Positions 62,154-64,000 of a DNA stretch of 64,000 nt are shown piece by piece. Every line of letters begins with the position of its first letter. Position 1 is the first letter of the stretch. The position numbers and the translations under genes were made by a program. Origin of the DNA: Gammaproteobacteria bacterium (GTDB lineage Bacteria > Pseudomonadota > Gammaproteobacteria > GCA-002705445 > GCA-002716945); NCBI GenBank assembly GCA_016779485.1, contig JADHNN010000001.1, positions 159,885-223,884 on the forward strand. The letters are read 5' to 3'. The notes beneath the pieces are model-generated. The model was not told the DNA's origin. It saw only the letters and a list, made by a program, of their open reading frames with translations, and searched no databases.

Positions 62154-62510
62154 CTATTCTCGGTGCCTTTGTGCAGCAGCCATAGCAGTTTCACTTCCAT
62201 ATTTTTCGTTGATTTTTTCAACTGTTTCAAAGTGATCTGCGCGTCTATGCGTCAAACAATTTCCCTTTTTATCAACGCCCCAAAGTGCGTATGCAATAAA
62301 AGGTTTAAGATGATCAGGTGTTTGATCAAAGTGCGGAATGCCAAAGCGAATTAAAAGATTATTTCTGTCAGCTCCACTTTCTTTTTGTTCCTTCATTATG
62401 CGCTGGACTTCAACCTGAAGATCCTTAACGTCTTCACCGTTCCAAGAACCTACAACAGTTCCGTCTGGTAATATAATATCATCTCCATTTGGTACTGGAT
62501 GATCTGCCAT
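62154..62510 (-). CDS. 118-aa protein of unknown function (MADHPVPNGDD...AAAQRHRE)
   Basis: SD AGGAGG before ATG 62510, own promoter and terminator; the track's extension to 62591 is upstream DNA. Confidence 0.85.
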   Translation of the reverse strand: MADHPVPNGDDIILPDGTVVGSWNGEDVKDLQVEVQRIMKEQKESGADRNNLLIRFGIPHFDQTPDHLKPFIAYALWGVDKKGNCLTHRRADHFETVEKINEKYGSETAMAAAQRHRE

Positions 62511-62549
62511 TTTTACTCCTCCTGTAAAATTTACCCTATATGAATAAAT

Positions 62550-62578
62550 ATAGTACAAAATTCGTTTCATACTAACAA
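62550..62578 (-). promoter_or_regulatory. Sigma70-like promoter TTGTTA-N17-TACTAT for the 118-aa gene
   Basis: -35 at 62578-62573 and -10 at 62555-62550 with a 17-nt spacer. Confidence 0.6.
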
Positions 62579-62581
62579 GGA

Positions 62582-62950
62582 TTATTGGCAAGGAAACTGA
62601 TTTATAAGACCATTTCTTAGTGCAAGACCAACTAAAGGCTCATTTTCATATTTCTTAAAGAAACCTGGCTTAGAGTTAATGCTCTCCATAATAATCTCTC
62701 TTAGTTTCCTAGCTGGGAAATTAATGTTATTTGGCTTGCAATAGAGTTCAACTTTATGTTTTCTAAAATAAAATTCTGATGCCCATTCAAAACCGCTTTC
62801 TATGCCGTACAGATAAGAATCATATAAGCCGCTATGGTCATTTATAAATTCTTTAATAGAAGGAGTTTTTGTTTGAGATAATGTTGTTTGGGCATACGAG
62901 ACAGTTATGAATATGACTATGATAATGCTTCTAAGTTTAGACATATCCAT
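62582..62950 (-). CDS. Small secreted protein, Rap1a/Tai-like
   Basis: Signal peptide, YLYGIESG helix, YCKP and C-terminal FPC cysteine pair. Confidence 0.55.
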   Translation of the reverse strand: MDMSKLRSIIIVIFITVSYAQTTLSQTKTPSIKEFINDHSGLYDSYLYGIESGFEWASEFYFRKHKVELYCKPNNINFPARKLREIIMESINSKPGFFKKYENEPLVGLALRNGLINQFPCQ

Positions 62951-64000
62951 AAAGCTTCATAGATGTAAGAATTTTCTTAGCCTGTTTTTTTACATTGGCT
63001 GGCGATGTTGAACCGATAGCTTTTTTTGAGCGAATTGATTTTTCAATATCAATAGCATCGTAAACATCTTTACCAATTTTACTAGAGAATTTTTTAAATT
63101 TATCTAAAGACATTTCGTTCAAGTTAATTTTTTTTGATTCAGCATATTGGACTATACTACCAACAATCTCATGAGATGTTCTGAAGGGCACCCCTTTCAT
63201 TGACAAATAATCAGCTAAATCTGTTGCATTTGAAAAATCCTCTTTGGACAAAGCTAATGCTCTATCTTTATTAACTTTCATGGTAGATATTAGCCTTGGC
63301 ATTAAATTTAAGCATGCTGTTACGGTATCAAGGGAGTTTAACAATATACTTTTATCTTCTTGTAGATCTCTATTGTAAGTTAACGGCAAACCTTTTAATA
63401 AAAGAAACAGAGATGATAGTGATCCAATAACAGAGGCAGATTTTCCTCTTATCAGTTCAGGAACATCTGGATTTTTCTTCTGTGGCATTATAGATGATCC
63501 GGTACAAAATGCCTCGTCAATATCTACAAGCTTTATGTGCGTATTCATCCAGTAAACAAGCTCTTCCGATATTCTAGACAAATGCATCATGGTCATTGAA
63601 CACGTATAAGCAAAATCGCACACAAAATCTCTGTCACTAACAGCGTCCATAGAATTAGTAGACACTGACTTAAACCCAAGTTTCTTTGCTACTATCTTCC
63701 TGTTTATATTGTATGGCGTACCTGAAAGCGCAGCACTTCCTAGAGGTAATATATTTAATCTATCTTTTGTCTGTTCCATTCTCTGCTCATCTCTAGCAAG
63801 CATGTCATGCCATGCAAGCAAGTGGTGACCAAAAGTTATAGGCTGAGCTAGCTGTAAATGCGTGTACCCTGGAAATATGACTTCTGCGTTATTATATGAA
63901 GCGAGTGCTAATGAATGTCTAATGTCTCTTAATTTATGGATCATCAGATCTGAAAATTCTCTAAGGTACAGTCTAAAATCTGTAGCAACCAAATCATTTC
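62937..64000 (-). CDS. argH: Argininosuccinate lyase (5' end outside window)
   Basis: RNDLVATDFRLY, GYTHLQ.AQP, GSSIMPQKKNPD, YNRDLQEDK; frame is open to the window edge. Confidence 0.98.
   Translation of the reverse strand, partial: NDLVATDFRLYLREFSDLMIHKLRDIRHSLALASYNNAEVIFPGYTHLQLAQPITFGHHLLAWHDMLARDEQRMEQTKDRLNILPLGSAALSGTPYNINRKIVAKKLGFKSVSTNSMDAVSDRDFVCDFAYTCSMTMMHLSRISEELVYWMNTHIKLVDIDEAFCTGSSIMPQKKNPDVPELIRGKSASVIGSLSSLFLLLKGLPLTYNRDLQEDKSILLNSLDTVTACLNLMPRLISTMKVNKDRALALSKEDFSNATDLADYLSMKGVPFRTSHEIVGSIVQYAESKKINLNEMSLDKFKKFSSKIGKDVYDAIDIEKSIRSKKAIGSTSPANVKKQAKKILTSMKLYGYV

Noticed and set aside
62511-62591. Track extension MPIILVSMKRILYY... of the 145-aa ORF
   Set aside because: It spans the promoter and overlaps the upstream gene; the strong SD supports ATG 62510
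1-64000. CRISPR arrays, IS elements, prophage, rRNA, riboswitches
   Set aside because: No regularly spaced repeats, transposase or phage genes, or long GC-rich structured spacers were seen by eye; an Infernal/Rfam scan would be needed to exclude small RNAs

Overview
A 64-kb, AT-rich (about 30% GC by eye), very densely packed bacterial chromosome segment. Gene content and order are gammaproteobacterial (Pseudomonas/Xanthomonas-like blocks such as trpEGDC-speD/coq7, coaBC-dut-pmm-argB/pyrE/xth, lptM-lysA-dapF-xerC-hslVU, cysQ-nudE/yrfG). Frequent start/stop overlaps and few spacers over 100 bp point to a streamlined genome. Nearly all genes are housekeeping: trp, his, bio, heme, ubiquinone, glycolysis/pentose phosphate, tat, trk, rpoD, topA, recG, ccmABC and one tRNA-Ile(CAU). 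I saw no CRISPR array, IS element, prophage or rRNA. The most interesting leads are: (i) a Fae-family paralogue that appears to lack the canonical catalytic His and heads a ubiA-bioBF-coaBC operon; (ii) a 118-aa unknown protein with its own promoter, strong SD and terminator; (iii) an orphan pseudoazurin with a palindromic operator, whose promoter shares a 15-mer with the inverted ccmC; (iv) a possible leaderless 46-aa ORF; (v) a DUF3050 gene starting 8 nt after the tRNA; (vi) an orphan Rap1a/Tai-like protein. Items i-iii together may mark a streamlined C1-utilising gammaproteobacterium; this is inference, since no methanol dehydrogenase or H4MPT gene lies in the window. Family assignments come from motif recognition, not database searches.
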